The position numbers were made by a program, and so were the translations under genes. Shown here one piece after another: positions 23,061-33,287 of a DNA stretch of 34,745 bases. Position 1 is the stretch's first letter, and every line of letters begins with the position of its first letter. The stretch covers positions 1 through 34,745 of the forward strand of contig NIVC01004804.1 of assembly GCA_002269645.1 (NCBI GenBank), written 5' to 3'. The notes beneath the pieces are model-generated. The model did no database searches. It was not told where the DNA came from and was given only the letters and a program-made list of their open reading frames with translations. This stretch comes from Macrostomum lignano (taxonomy: Eukaryota).

Positions 23061-24487
23061 AAAAATTCTGCGCTATTAAAGCATGAAACTTTGACCCTAT
23101 AATAGAATATATTTTTGACGCGGATTTCCCTACCGTTAACGCTTATTAAATTGAATTATTACGGTCATAAATGCCAAACAAAATAGAGAATCTTGCTTGT
23201 CCTATTGCTCAAAAATCCCTATAAGTAACCCAGGAATTTTGTTACAATGTAATAACTATGTGAATGCTCTGTTACTTTTCTATCGGTCAACCAGAGGCGG
23301 CAGTGTTGTCGGTGAAGGCTCTGAACAATTCAGACTGATCACATGTAGCCAGTCTGACGTCTTTAATTTGCAAATTGAATTATTTGCTCTGCAGCATTGT
23401 CGTGATCCGCTTGTTTTGCTATGGAAACATACAGTGTTTTTACTTAGTTTTATTGATGTTTATTTGATTAACAAAAAATTAGCCATATATAAATTGACAT
23501 CAAAAGGATACTATCCACGCTCATTAGTCGAAACAATGCCAATACATTGAGCTACTTCGTAGATAATTGCTTCCGTGCATCATTGCTCAACCAATGGACA
23601 CTCTGTCTGCAATAATTGTCACGGAAGCAAAACAGCCATCACACAAAATACCCAATAAAAGCGGTAATTGAGTTTGCTGTGACTGTGGACAGCGCATTAG
23701 ATAGACAGAAACAAAATTTTACAGCCAGGAACAATGACGTATGCGAACACTGCATTTAGCGGGTCGCTTTCACAAGCCCTAAATTTCACAACGTCGCAAG
23801 ACACAAACTTTCATAAGCTCTAAATTTCATAAACCCTAATTTTCACATCGTCGAAAAGTTGTGCACAGTATTTCATAAGCTCTAAATTTCACAACGCCTA
23901 AAAACACTATAGAGATACAATCTTTCACAAGACCTAAATTTTACAACGCCTAAAACACTATGGAGAGACAATCTTTCATAAGACCTAAATTTCACAACGT
24001 CTAAAAGCACGCGTGAATTACGTAGTAAAAGGCAAGCATACGGATACAAGTATTATTGATTGCTAAAATAAAATTGGCTACCTCAATTGCAAACTTTTCA
24101 AGTCAGGACTCAGTTGCTACTGGTACTTGGTAGTGTGGTACATAAATGAAGTTTTAATGTTTCTCATGTTGCAAAACCAGGTAGCGCTACTTGGAAAGTT
24201 TATTACAAAAAAGATTCTACCTGAATGGACTTCGAAAGTTTAAAATTAGAAGACTTTTTTTCAAGTTTCCAAGTTGCAACACCAGTAAAAATCCATAGTC
24301 CGGAAGAGGGGTGGTACGCCGGATTAATCCGGCGTACACTCACGACTTTTGGTGCACACTTGGCGTACAATTTTTTACTTTTTGAAATCTGGCGTACTAT
24401 CTGGCGTGTAAAAATGCATATGGGTGTGCTCATCTTGGATTTCATGTTAAGTTTTCGGGGTTCTCTGGAAAAGCGTTGTCTTTTCAA

Positions 24488-24490
<3 letters not shown>

Positions 24491-24570
<80 letters not shown>
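24491..24570. repeat. (TC)40 microsatellite
   Basis: Read directly. Confidence 0.98.
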
Positions 24571-24574
<4 letters not shown>

Positions 24575-25056
24575 GTTTCTTTGGTGAAGTGTTAATGGGT
24601 AATGTGAGTAAAGAGTAATGGAGGGGTTTATACTCACTCGTTTATTGTATGAATCGATTTGAAAAAGGAAATACAAGATTGATTTTGGAAAGGAGTGGTT
24701 GAAAGATAGTTGGAATTTGAAAACTTATTGTAAAAAATCTTGTGCCATTTTGTCAATCCTATGTTTTCACTTCATGAATTTTTAATAAACGGACTTTGGA
24801 TTGAGTTTGAAAATTTGAAACTCAGAATTAGATTAGCTACCACTATACTACGGTAGCCCTTGAAGATGAGAATGATAATTTGCAATTTTATGTGACTTAT
24901 GCAAGTCGTTATAGTTAATTAAGCCAGCAAAGAGAATTTATGTGCTATTTGATAGTACTTTGGGCAACATACATGTACGCTCTACGCTGTAGAGTGTAGC
25001 TACCACATGAGCTAATTAACTGTCACTAAAACGGGCTCTCGATTCAGTACTTATGA

Positions 25057-26606
25057 AAGATTGTATCTCCATAGTGTTTTTAGGCGTTGTGAAATTTAGG
25101 TCTTATGAAAGATTGTATCTCCATAGTGTTTTTAGGCGTTGTGAAATTTAGGTCTTGTGAAAGATTGTATCTCCATAGTGTTTTTAGGCGTTGTGAAATT
25201 TAGGTCTTGTGAAAGATTGTATCTCCATAGTGTTTTTAGGCGTTGTGAAATTTAGGTCTTATGAAAGATTGTACCTCCATAGTGTTTTTAGGCGTTGTGA
25301 AATTTAGGTCTTATGAAAGATTGTACCTCCATAGTGTTTTTAGGCGTTGTGAAATTTAGGTCTTATGAAAGATTGTACCTCCATAGTGTTTTTAGGCGTT
25401 GTGAAATTTAGGTCTTATGAAAGATTGTACCTCCATAGTGTTTTTAGGCGTTGTGAAATTTAGGTCTTGTGAAAGATTGTATCTCCATAGTGTTTTTAGG
25501 CGTTGTGAAATTTAGGTCTTATGAAAGATTGTACCTCCATAGTGTTTTTAGGCGTTGTGAAATTTAGGTCTTATGAAAGATTGTACTTCCATAGTGTTTT
25601 TAGGCGTTGTGAAATTTAGGTCTTATGAAAGATTGTACCTCCATAGTGTTTTTAGGCGTTGTGAAATTTAGGTCTTGTGAAAGATTGTATCTCCATAGTG
25701 TTTTTAGGCGTTGTGAAATTTAGGTCTTGTGAAAGATTGTATCTCCATAGTGTTTTTAGGCGTTGTGAAGTTTAGGTCTTATGAAAGATTGTACCTCCAT
25801 AGTGTTTTTAGGCGTTGTGAAATTTAGGTCTTATGAAAGATTGTACCTCCATAGTGTTTTTAGGCGTTGTGAAATTTAGGTCTTGTGAAAGATTGTATCT
25901 CCATAGTGTTTTTAGGCGTTGTGAAATTTAGGTCTTATGAAAGATTGTACCTCCATAGTGTTTTTAGGCGTTGTGAAATTTAGGTCTTATGAAAGATTGT
26001 ACCTCCATAGTGTTTTTAGGCGTTGTGAAATTTAGGTCTTATGAAAGATTGTACCTCCATAGTGTTTTTAGGCGTTGTGAAATTTAGGTCTTGTGAAAGA
26101 TTGTATCTCCATAGTGTTTTTAGGCGTTGTGAAATTTAGGTCTTATGAAAGATTGTACCTCCATAGTGTTTTTAGGCGTTGTGAAATTTAGGTCTTATGA
26201 AAGATTGTACTTCCATAGTGTTTTTAGGCGTTGTGAAATTTAGGTCTTATGAAAGATTGTACCTCCATAGTGTTTTTAGGCGTTGTGAAATTTAGGTCTT
26301 GTGAAAGATTGTATCTCCATAGTGTTTTTAGGCGTTGTGAAATTTAGGTCTTGTGAAAGACTGTATCTCCATAGTGTTTTTAGGCGTTGTGAAGTTTAGG
26401 TCTTATGAAAGATTGTACCTCCATAGTGTTTTTAGGCGTTGTGAAATTTAGGTCTTATGAAAGATTGTACCTCCATAGTGTTTTTAGGCGTTGTGAAATT
26501 TAGGTCTTGTGAAAGATTGTATCTCCATAGTGTTTTTAGGCGTTGTGAAATTTAGGTCTTATGAAAGATTGTACCTCCATAGTGTTTTTAGGCGTTGTGA
26601 AATTTA
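25057..26606. repeat. 52-bp satellite array (about 30 units), followed by 16-bp sub-repeats to about 26680
   Basis: The unit is GAAAGATTGTA(C/T)CTCCATAGTGTTTTTAGGCGTTGTGAAATTTAGGTCTT(A/G)T and is highly homogeneous. Confidence 0.98.
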
Positions 26607-27072
26607 GAGCTTGTGAAATTTAGAGCTTGTGAAATTTAGAGCTTGTGAAATTTAGAGATAGTGAAATTTAGGGCTTTTGAAATTCTGTGCATGCCTTTTA
26701 GGTGTTATGAAATTTAGGGCTTGTGAAATTTAGGTCTTGTGAAATCTGCATTGCTTATTTTCGACGTTGTGAAAATTAGGGTTTATGAAATATAGGTCTT
26801 ATGAAAGGTTCTGGTTTCGACGTTGTGAAAATTAGGGTTTGTGAATTGTCATTTAGCATGTCATTTTGAAGAAGGAAACTGCTCTCCTAATTAAAATATC
26901 TTTTTCTACGGCTTCATTAAAAAATAAAAGCTTTTCTTTGGTAACTTTATTCAACCTACTATCAATGCACCGAGCGTTTTTCTTTTAATCGTCACGGTTC
27001 AATCTTTTTACTGGAATTGTGTAAGAAATATATTGTTATAGAAAATTAAAATATAATGGGACCATTAAAGGT

Positions 27073-27309
27073 TCGTCTCAGGCCAATAACAAGGGGCTTT
27101 AGCACCAAAGGGCTTTAGCACCAAGGGGCTCTAGCACCAGGGGCTTTCGCACCAAGGGGCGCCAGCACTAATAGCGCTATCCTCAAAGGCGCCATGAAGG
27201 GGCCCAAAGGGAAAAATAAAATGAATTTTCAGGTAGGAGTTCATATTAATACTCGTAGAATAAAAAACCAATTCACTCGGACAATAAAGGGGTCGTCTCA
27301 GGCCAATAA
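27073..27309. repeat. 17-bp perfect direct repeats flanking a 203-bp segment that contains five 16-bp tandem units
   Basis: TCGTCTCAGGCCAATAA occurs at 27073-27089 and 27293-27309. (AAGGGGCTTTAGCACC)-like units span 27091-27169. Confidence 0.85.
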
Positions 27310-27463
27310 TCTGTGATTGGTTCCCGATGAGAGATGAAGAGAAAATCTACAGTCGAAATGCAGTTGTGAATTGTCAGTATAATAGAAAGAGCTGATTAAT
27401 ATTTACGATGGCCGGATTTTTTTATCTGCTTTGAGCATGCTGGCATACTCAACCCTTTACGAA

Positions 27464-30400
27464 ATGAAACTGACCACTTTTGTCTTACTGTTGAATTCAA
27501 TGTCAGCCACCTCTGGCCTGGACTTCAAGCTGGCAGTTGTGATTGAGCAGAATGCAGTGAGCAGCTCCCTCATTGATCTGGCTGTGAGCAGACGGGTGAA
27601 CTCAAACTGGAGACTGTTGCCAGGCCACTCAATGTCGCATGCAATTGTGCAGGTGTCCGCGGATGGAGCTCAGCAGGCTGCTAAAAAAGGTGAGTATCCT
27701 AGATTTAGGCGGTTGAAACTAGTCTGTAACTGTAGTCACATCGTTATGAAAGTTGGGGTTCTCGGGCACAAAACCGGCGTCAAGTTTGATGATGAGTTTG
27801 GCGCTCATGAGGACCCAACTCCACTTTGCCCATGCCGAATTAATAGTGATAGTGATCAAGAAAGTAAGCGTCGCATCTTTATGCTTATGGGTCAACGGAA
27901 TCCAACATATCAAAAGTGTTAGCCACTCGCGATTTTAGTTTGCTCCCAGTCAGGTCTGTCAGCACTTCTGGCAATCGGCAGCTGCGGTCTCCTCTCGGAC
28001 CTGAGCTCGCTGTCCAAGTCCCTGCAACTGCCGTTCATCGCCCTGCCAACCGCTCTGTGCGAGGAGGGATATTTTCGTGAGTAACAGTGAAAAATCATGA
28101 AATCTATCGGAGTTCGGTTAATTTTCGAAAAATAACTCAAGTAAGCTAAAATTACTGACAAATAATGTTTTATGAAGTCATTTTCTCGGGCTATTTTTAC
28201 CGCTCTTTCTCTTTCAAGATGTTTCCGATAAAAAAGAGACTACTAGACTACACTAGACTATAACAAAGCACAAAATATTCTGTGATAACTAAGTGTTCCT
28301 AGGGTTCCTTCTAACAAACCTGTGACCGTGACACAGTAAGTTACACTTACTAAATCACCAATTGCGAAAAATATTTTCCAATGCAATTCGAAAAACACAA
28401 GCTATTGACCCTTTAGGGTACGGGGTCATTGGCAGTCACTCAGTGTCTGAGGTTATCGGCGCTGCAGCCGAAGTCATCTCGACCCTGGATGAAAAACAAG
28501 TGGCCATTTTGTACGACTCATCCAACGGTAATTGCTAATTTAATAACTACAAGTATTTTTATGATGCTGCTGCGATTAATAGCTCGTAGTAATTAGTTAA
28601 TAGAACTGTAACTCAAATTCCACTCTACATTTCTTATCTCACAGAGAATGGCTTCATACAGCTGCTGCAGACGCAACTGTCAAGCATCGGCATCAGCTCC
28701 GTCCCTTTCAATGTCGACCCCACACTCAGCGGAGATCTTCTCTCCGAGAAGCTCAGACGCCTCATGAAGAAGCGCCTGTTCAACGCCATCGTCATGGCGA
28801 CGCCTCGCAACGTGCAAAGCATCGCGGCAGCCGCTGCGAACTCCAGCGTCATGCAGCAGAACTACTTCTGGCTCGTGATTGACAGCGGCGGACTCAGCAA
28901 GTCCCACCTGATGCGGGTGTGTCCCAACAGCTGCAACCTGGCTCTGTTCAGAGGAGGCACAACTGGCGTCAATCGGCCATCGGACTGTCCGCCTGCAGTG
29001 AGAGACGTCTTTCCGAGCTGCGACACCGACAGCATTCGGGTGAGCGCCAGCTGCCGTGCTGTGCCCTGCCGTGCCCTGCCCTGCCCTGCCCTGCCCTGCC
29101 CTGCCCTGCCCTGCCCTGCCCTGCGCTGCCCTGCCCTGCCCTGCCCTGCCCTGCCCTGCCCTGCCCTGCCCTGCCCTGCCCTGCCCTGCCCTGCCCTGCC
29201 CTGCCCTGCCCTGCCCTGCCCTGCCCTGCCCTGCCCTGCCCTGCCCTGCCCTGCCCTGCCCTGCCCTGCCCTGCCCTGCCCTGCCCTGCCCTGCCCTGCC
29301 CTGCCCTGCCCTGCCCTGCCCTGCCCTGCCCTGCCCTGCCCTGCCCTGCCCTGCCCTGCCCTGCCCTGCCCTGCCCTGCACTGCCCTGCCCTGCCCTGCC
29401 CTTCCCTGCCCTGCCCTGCCCTACCTTGCTCAATCACCAACACACTGAGAGCATCAAAGCTCACTCACTCACATAACTATATGTACTCGATCTCCTATCA
29501 ACCGAAATCTCGCACAGACACTGGACATCCGTCTCGTGGATGCGATCGAGGCTCTGGCGAAGGCTCTCACAGACTCGCTGACTCAGCCAGGATTCCGAGA
29601 GAGCAACGCGTCATGCTTTCCTCTGCAGCCGTGGTCGTCTGGTGCTCAAGTGCTCAGCAAAGTCATGTCTGTGAGTTCGTGCTCGCTGCTCACTTTATTG
29701 TGCATTTTACTGCTCATCGTTAACTGATCACAGATGTGAGCAGTTGCACTCGCCACTCTGTCTCATCTCAGCTATCGAGCTTCGACTCGGGTCGCGGTGA
29801 GATTTCCTACAACTCGACAACAGGATTCTTCAACGCTCAGGGCGTTGAGATCGTTGCGTCATTCACCGAGCAGTCGGGAGTGGCAGCTCGGTTCGAGCTG
29901 AGCGGTCGGTTCAGCAGCGGCTCGTTGAGGAAATTGTTCCACAAGAGCGGCGGTGCATTCGTGTTTCCCAACACCTTCACCGGGTTCAAGAATGCTACGT
30001 TGGTCGTTTGCTGTCCTATGGTAATAATTTCGTAAAAATATCACAAATTTTATTTTTTAAATCGAGAGGACTTAAGCCAATTTCTTGTTTTTTTCAAGGA
30101 TTTTCCGTCCGCCGGTTTAATTGAAGATCTGGGCGATAATTTTTACAAAGGATATGGAATGGCTCCAGATATCCTTAAATATCTGGCTTCTAAATTGAAC
30201 TTTCGGTACGTGAGAAAATTGGAGTGTAAAAGTGCGAGACAATCCACTCACATGCCCGCTCTTGAAAATTTCAGATACGTCCTCAAGAAACCTTACGACG
30301 GAGAGTGGGGTCGCCCGAATCCCGGCTCCAGGATCTTCACCGGCTGCGTTGGAGAGACTCAACAGGGGGTTTGTCAAGCAAACAGTTTTGTCGTACTTTT

Positions 30401-33287
30401 TAAAATGTCGGTGCAGTGAGGCGACACCGGTCCTCTCGAAAAATTGAATTCAATTAGTAATCAGAACGAGAATCTAAAATGAGCATCTTGAGATGAGATG
30501 TTACGCTGGTATTTTGTTGTCAGCATTTTTCGTTTTGCATAGTCCTTTAAAAATTTCAGTACTCAACAGCATCATAATTTTATTTTCTAAACGTCTTTTT
30601 CGAGGTGGTCGACTTCTCCGCCGGGTCGTTTACAAAAACAACCGTACGAGATACTGTGATTGACTTCTCGGCAGACCTGTACCCCGACTACAACGCCATT
30701 CTGATTCCGAGACCACAAGAAGCGTCCAAGATGTGGAACGTGTTCCTCCCTCTGCACTGGCAGGTGTGGGCCTGTCTGGCTGCCTCATTCTTAGTTGCCG
30801 CATTCGCTCTTTGGTTGCTTGCGTACTTTTCCCCGTTCTCCGCCATCAATCTGGGCCTGGAGGGCGCTATCAGTGACGAGGCCAGCTACTTCGAGTACCT
30901 GTGGACCATAATCGGCAGCTTCATGCAGCAGGGACAGGATTTCTATCCCTACGCTACGTCTCCTCGGGTGGTCCTTGCTTTCTGGTGGTTTTTCAATGTT
31001 ATCATTTATGCGGCTTATACAGGTAATCGCCAAGTTACATGTACGCACATGTACATGATGAGATTTAAATTCAGATATTTTGAGCAGTGTTGTCATATTA
31101 ACTTTGACTTCATCTTCAGCCTTTCTTACATCGTTTCTGACGATCACAACCACGGAATTGTCAATAAGGACGCTGCAGGATTTGGTCGCGCAAACTGACG
31201 TCGTACCTGGTTACATTCCGGGTAGTAATTTGGACACTATGTTAAAAAGCAGCACGTCTGGCATCTACAAGCAGATCGCTGACATCATGGTTCCTGCGCC
31301 TGAGTGCCCGAGTTTGGTAGGCCTAAAACAGGGCTTGGGATACATTAGTTTGAGCCGTTTTTTTCTGAAATCGATCACATAGATACCTACCGGCAAACCA
31401 TTTTTGGTTTATAGGACTAGCAGTCAGCTCCCCGTGTTGGAGAGAAAAAAATTTAATGATTTTTTTGAGTAAACTACATGTAGCTTCTCCTTGCAATAAA
31501 CAAATCGTTCACGCCTTGACATCTTAGCTATTCCCCCGTAAGCCTTGAAATCTCAGCAATTCCCCCAAACCCTAACCCTCACCCTAACCTTAACCCTAAA
31601 ACTAACCTTAATCTTAACCATGACCCTAACCCTAATTTCGTGTTCTTTCGACAAAAAGGCACAATTTCTGTAAAACTCTGGGTCAGTTAAATAGTAAGAA
31701 TACCAAGCCAATTTTCCGCCCGTCGAACTACCAAAGGTGGGGGGGGCGGCATTCTCCTGCGCCGGAAAGGAGCAACGCAGGCGCACGAAATTCAAGAAAA
31801 CGGCTAAATTTTTTTTTTTGCACCTTCTCAAACAAGAATCAAATCGCCAGCCTTTGGGACCGTCGAGATATTCGACGATTTTGCCAGAAGGTTCGATTTT
31901 TTCCATAAGGCTAATGCATTCAATGCCAATGGAAATTCCCCCTTGGTAGTTCTACTGTTAATTAGAGACGCATTCAAGACAGACGTTCCTATTAGACTTT
32001 ACGTGTTCTCTCTTTTAGTTAAATAATACTTGTCTATACGTACGAAGCTTAGGGGAGAAATTGCGCATACAAGTTTTTTTTATTTGCCTTTCACAACGCA
32101 CCAATTTCAGTCACTGCATAGCAACATAGCCTGCATGAGCGATTTAATGGCAATGAAAGCCATGGCCAAGCTCAATTGTTCTCGCGTGTACTTCGCTGAC
32201 GAAGTGTTCAATGCGGCTACTGTGGCGTTTTTGTACCCCGAGGATGCCTTCTTTGGCCAGCTGATGGACTACTAGTGAGTATCAGTAGTATATACTACTC
32301 AGTAGAAAACTCGCACAGCTTGCAGAAGGTGCTTGCTACGTCGAAAGTTTCATTTACCTTTTTGGAAATTTACAAGGGTGCGACTCTGTCAAGTTTCTTG
32401 GGTTCGACCCTAAAAACTTACTATAGTTATCTGCACTGCTCTGCTCTTGCATCAATACGATGTTCTGTCGACAAATCGATATTCATTTTATATTAGCTCA
32501 TATTTTTAATATTGATTGAGGAATATTTTGTGCTATACTCTAAGCTACAGTTGTTTATTGCAGACTGAGGTATCCTTTATTACAAGTCCTCCTTCGCAAG
32601 CAGTTCTAGGGTGCCGAATCAGAGGCAGGGGGCTATTTGCATCCTGGCGCACTTTAAGCGACATTGTTATCTCGTACACAACCGGCGAGAGGAATCCCTG
32701 CCCACCCCGCCGACTCCCCTGAGCAGGCACACAAGCGCGCGGATACGTACGCAGTCATACGCACAGGCACACACTCACACAGGAGTGCACAGCGGCCCTG
32801 ATTTTATTTATCGTTAGGCATGTACACTTCACTGTGCCTTGGGGTTTGGCCCTAATTTCACAGGCAGAACTAAGTCGAGATTCCTATTTAGCCCCAAATT
32901 AATGTGACTGCACTCGGAATCAAGCCTGGGTTGCTGGCACACCAGAGCACCGCGCTGGACCACTGGGAATCGGCCCCCTTACTTGACCAGTACAAGTAGC
33001 AAATAATATAATCGCGCCTGTAATTTATGTACACCGACAGCATTCGAAAGTTCCGAGAGTCTGGTCAACTGCAGCTAGTGACGAACATGTACGACGCGTC
33101 GAACAATATCACCGCTTGTAACACTGGAGTGAGCAGTTCCGCTGCACCAGCGATCAGTCTCGATGTTGTAGCGGGCTGTTTCGCTGTCACCGGAGCTTTT
33201 TACGGCTTTGGACTGGCTCTGCTGATTGGAGAACTGCTCTGCATGAAGATTCGCAGGTCGCAGTGCTGCAATAGCAACTCGGAATGA
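27464..33287 (+). CDS. Copy D: complete divergent ionotropic glutamate receptor-like ligand-gated channel subunit, 12 exons, about 832 aa
   Basis: Exons are 27464-27689, 27939-28076, 28417-28527, 28645-29039, 29518-29670, 29772-30020, 30099-30205, 30275-30368, 30605-31022, 31120-31316, 32111-32274 and 33041-33287. They total 2499 nt, are phase-compatible, use GT-AG throughout and contain no internal stop. Motifs include the signal peptide, KNATLVV, YDGEWG, FTKTTVRDTVIDFS, M1 VFLPLHWQVW, pore LWTIIGSFMQQG, PRVVLAFWWFF, M3 AYTAFLTSFLT, IRTLQDL, S2 Cys pair and M4 ISLDVVAGCF. An upstream in-frame ATG at 27437 is an alternative start. Confidence 0.9.
29052..29421. repeat. (TGCCC)n array, about 74 units, in intron 4 of copy D
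   Basis: Read directly; a few interruptions. Confidence 0.98.
31350..31443 (-). mobile_element. Helitron-like fragment spanning a head-to-tail junction, in intron 10 of copy D
   Basis: TGAGCC(G/A)TTTTTTTCTGAAATC..ATC..ATA...GGA|CTAGCA followed by the hairpin CTCCC-GTGTT-GGGAG matches 456-561. Confidence 0.55.
31569..31635. repeat. Degenerate telomere-like (CCCTAA)n, about 11 hexamers, intronic
   Basis: ACCCTAACCCTCACCCTAACCTTAACCCTAAAACTAACC..., read directly. Confidence 0.8.
32560..32980 (-). mobile_element. Possible SINE-like insertion in intron 11 of copy D
   Basis: The minus strand has a tRNA-like head (AGTGGTCCAGCG...CCAGGCTTGATTCCG, B-box-like), a GC-rich body and an AATAAA-containing tail. 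Boundaries are approximate. Confidence 0.35.

Larger units (their letters stand above)
23761..26849. mobile_element. Foldback-like DNA element with modular inverted arms and an 8-bp target site duplication
   Basis: The left arm (about 23768-24005) is the reverse complement of the modules in the right arm (about 25057-26845). The direct repeat CATTTAGC lies at 23753-23760 and 26850-26857. No transposase ORF. Confidence 0.65.

Noticed and set aside
24203-24676. ORFs containing (RE)n and (SL)n
   Set aside because: They are artefacts of the (TC)40 microsatellite.
29733-29771. Exon 6 starting at the CACAG acceptor (29733), as the ORF at 29736 suggests
   Set aside because: It is phase-incompatible with the phase-0 end of exon 5. 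The pyrimidine-rich acceptor at 29771 is in phase and is conserved in copy C.
30920-30934. Q/R RNA editing at the MQQG CAG codon
   Set aside because: The codon is editable in principle, but I found no complementary intronic sequence and editing cannot be inferred from DNA.
31016-31030. Canonical-looking YTGN in the ORF-track translation of M3
   Set aside because: GTAATC is the intron 9 donor, so G-N is intronic read-through. The frame ends without LTSFLT unless spliced.
31569-31635. True telomere or chromosome end
   Set aside because: The tract is short, degenerate and lies inside an intron with gene sequence on both sides.
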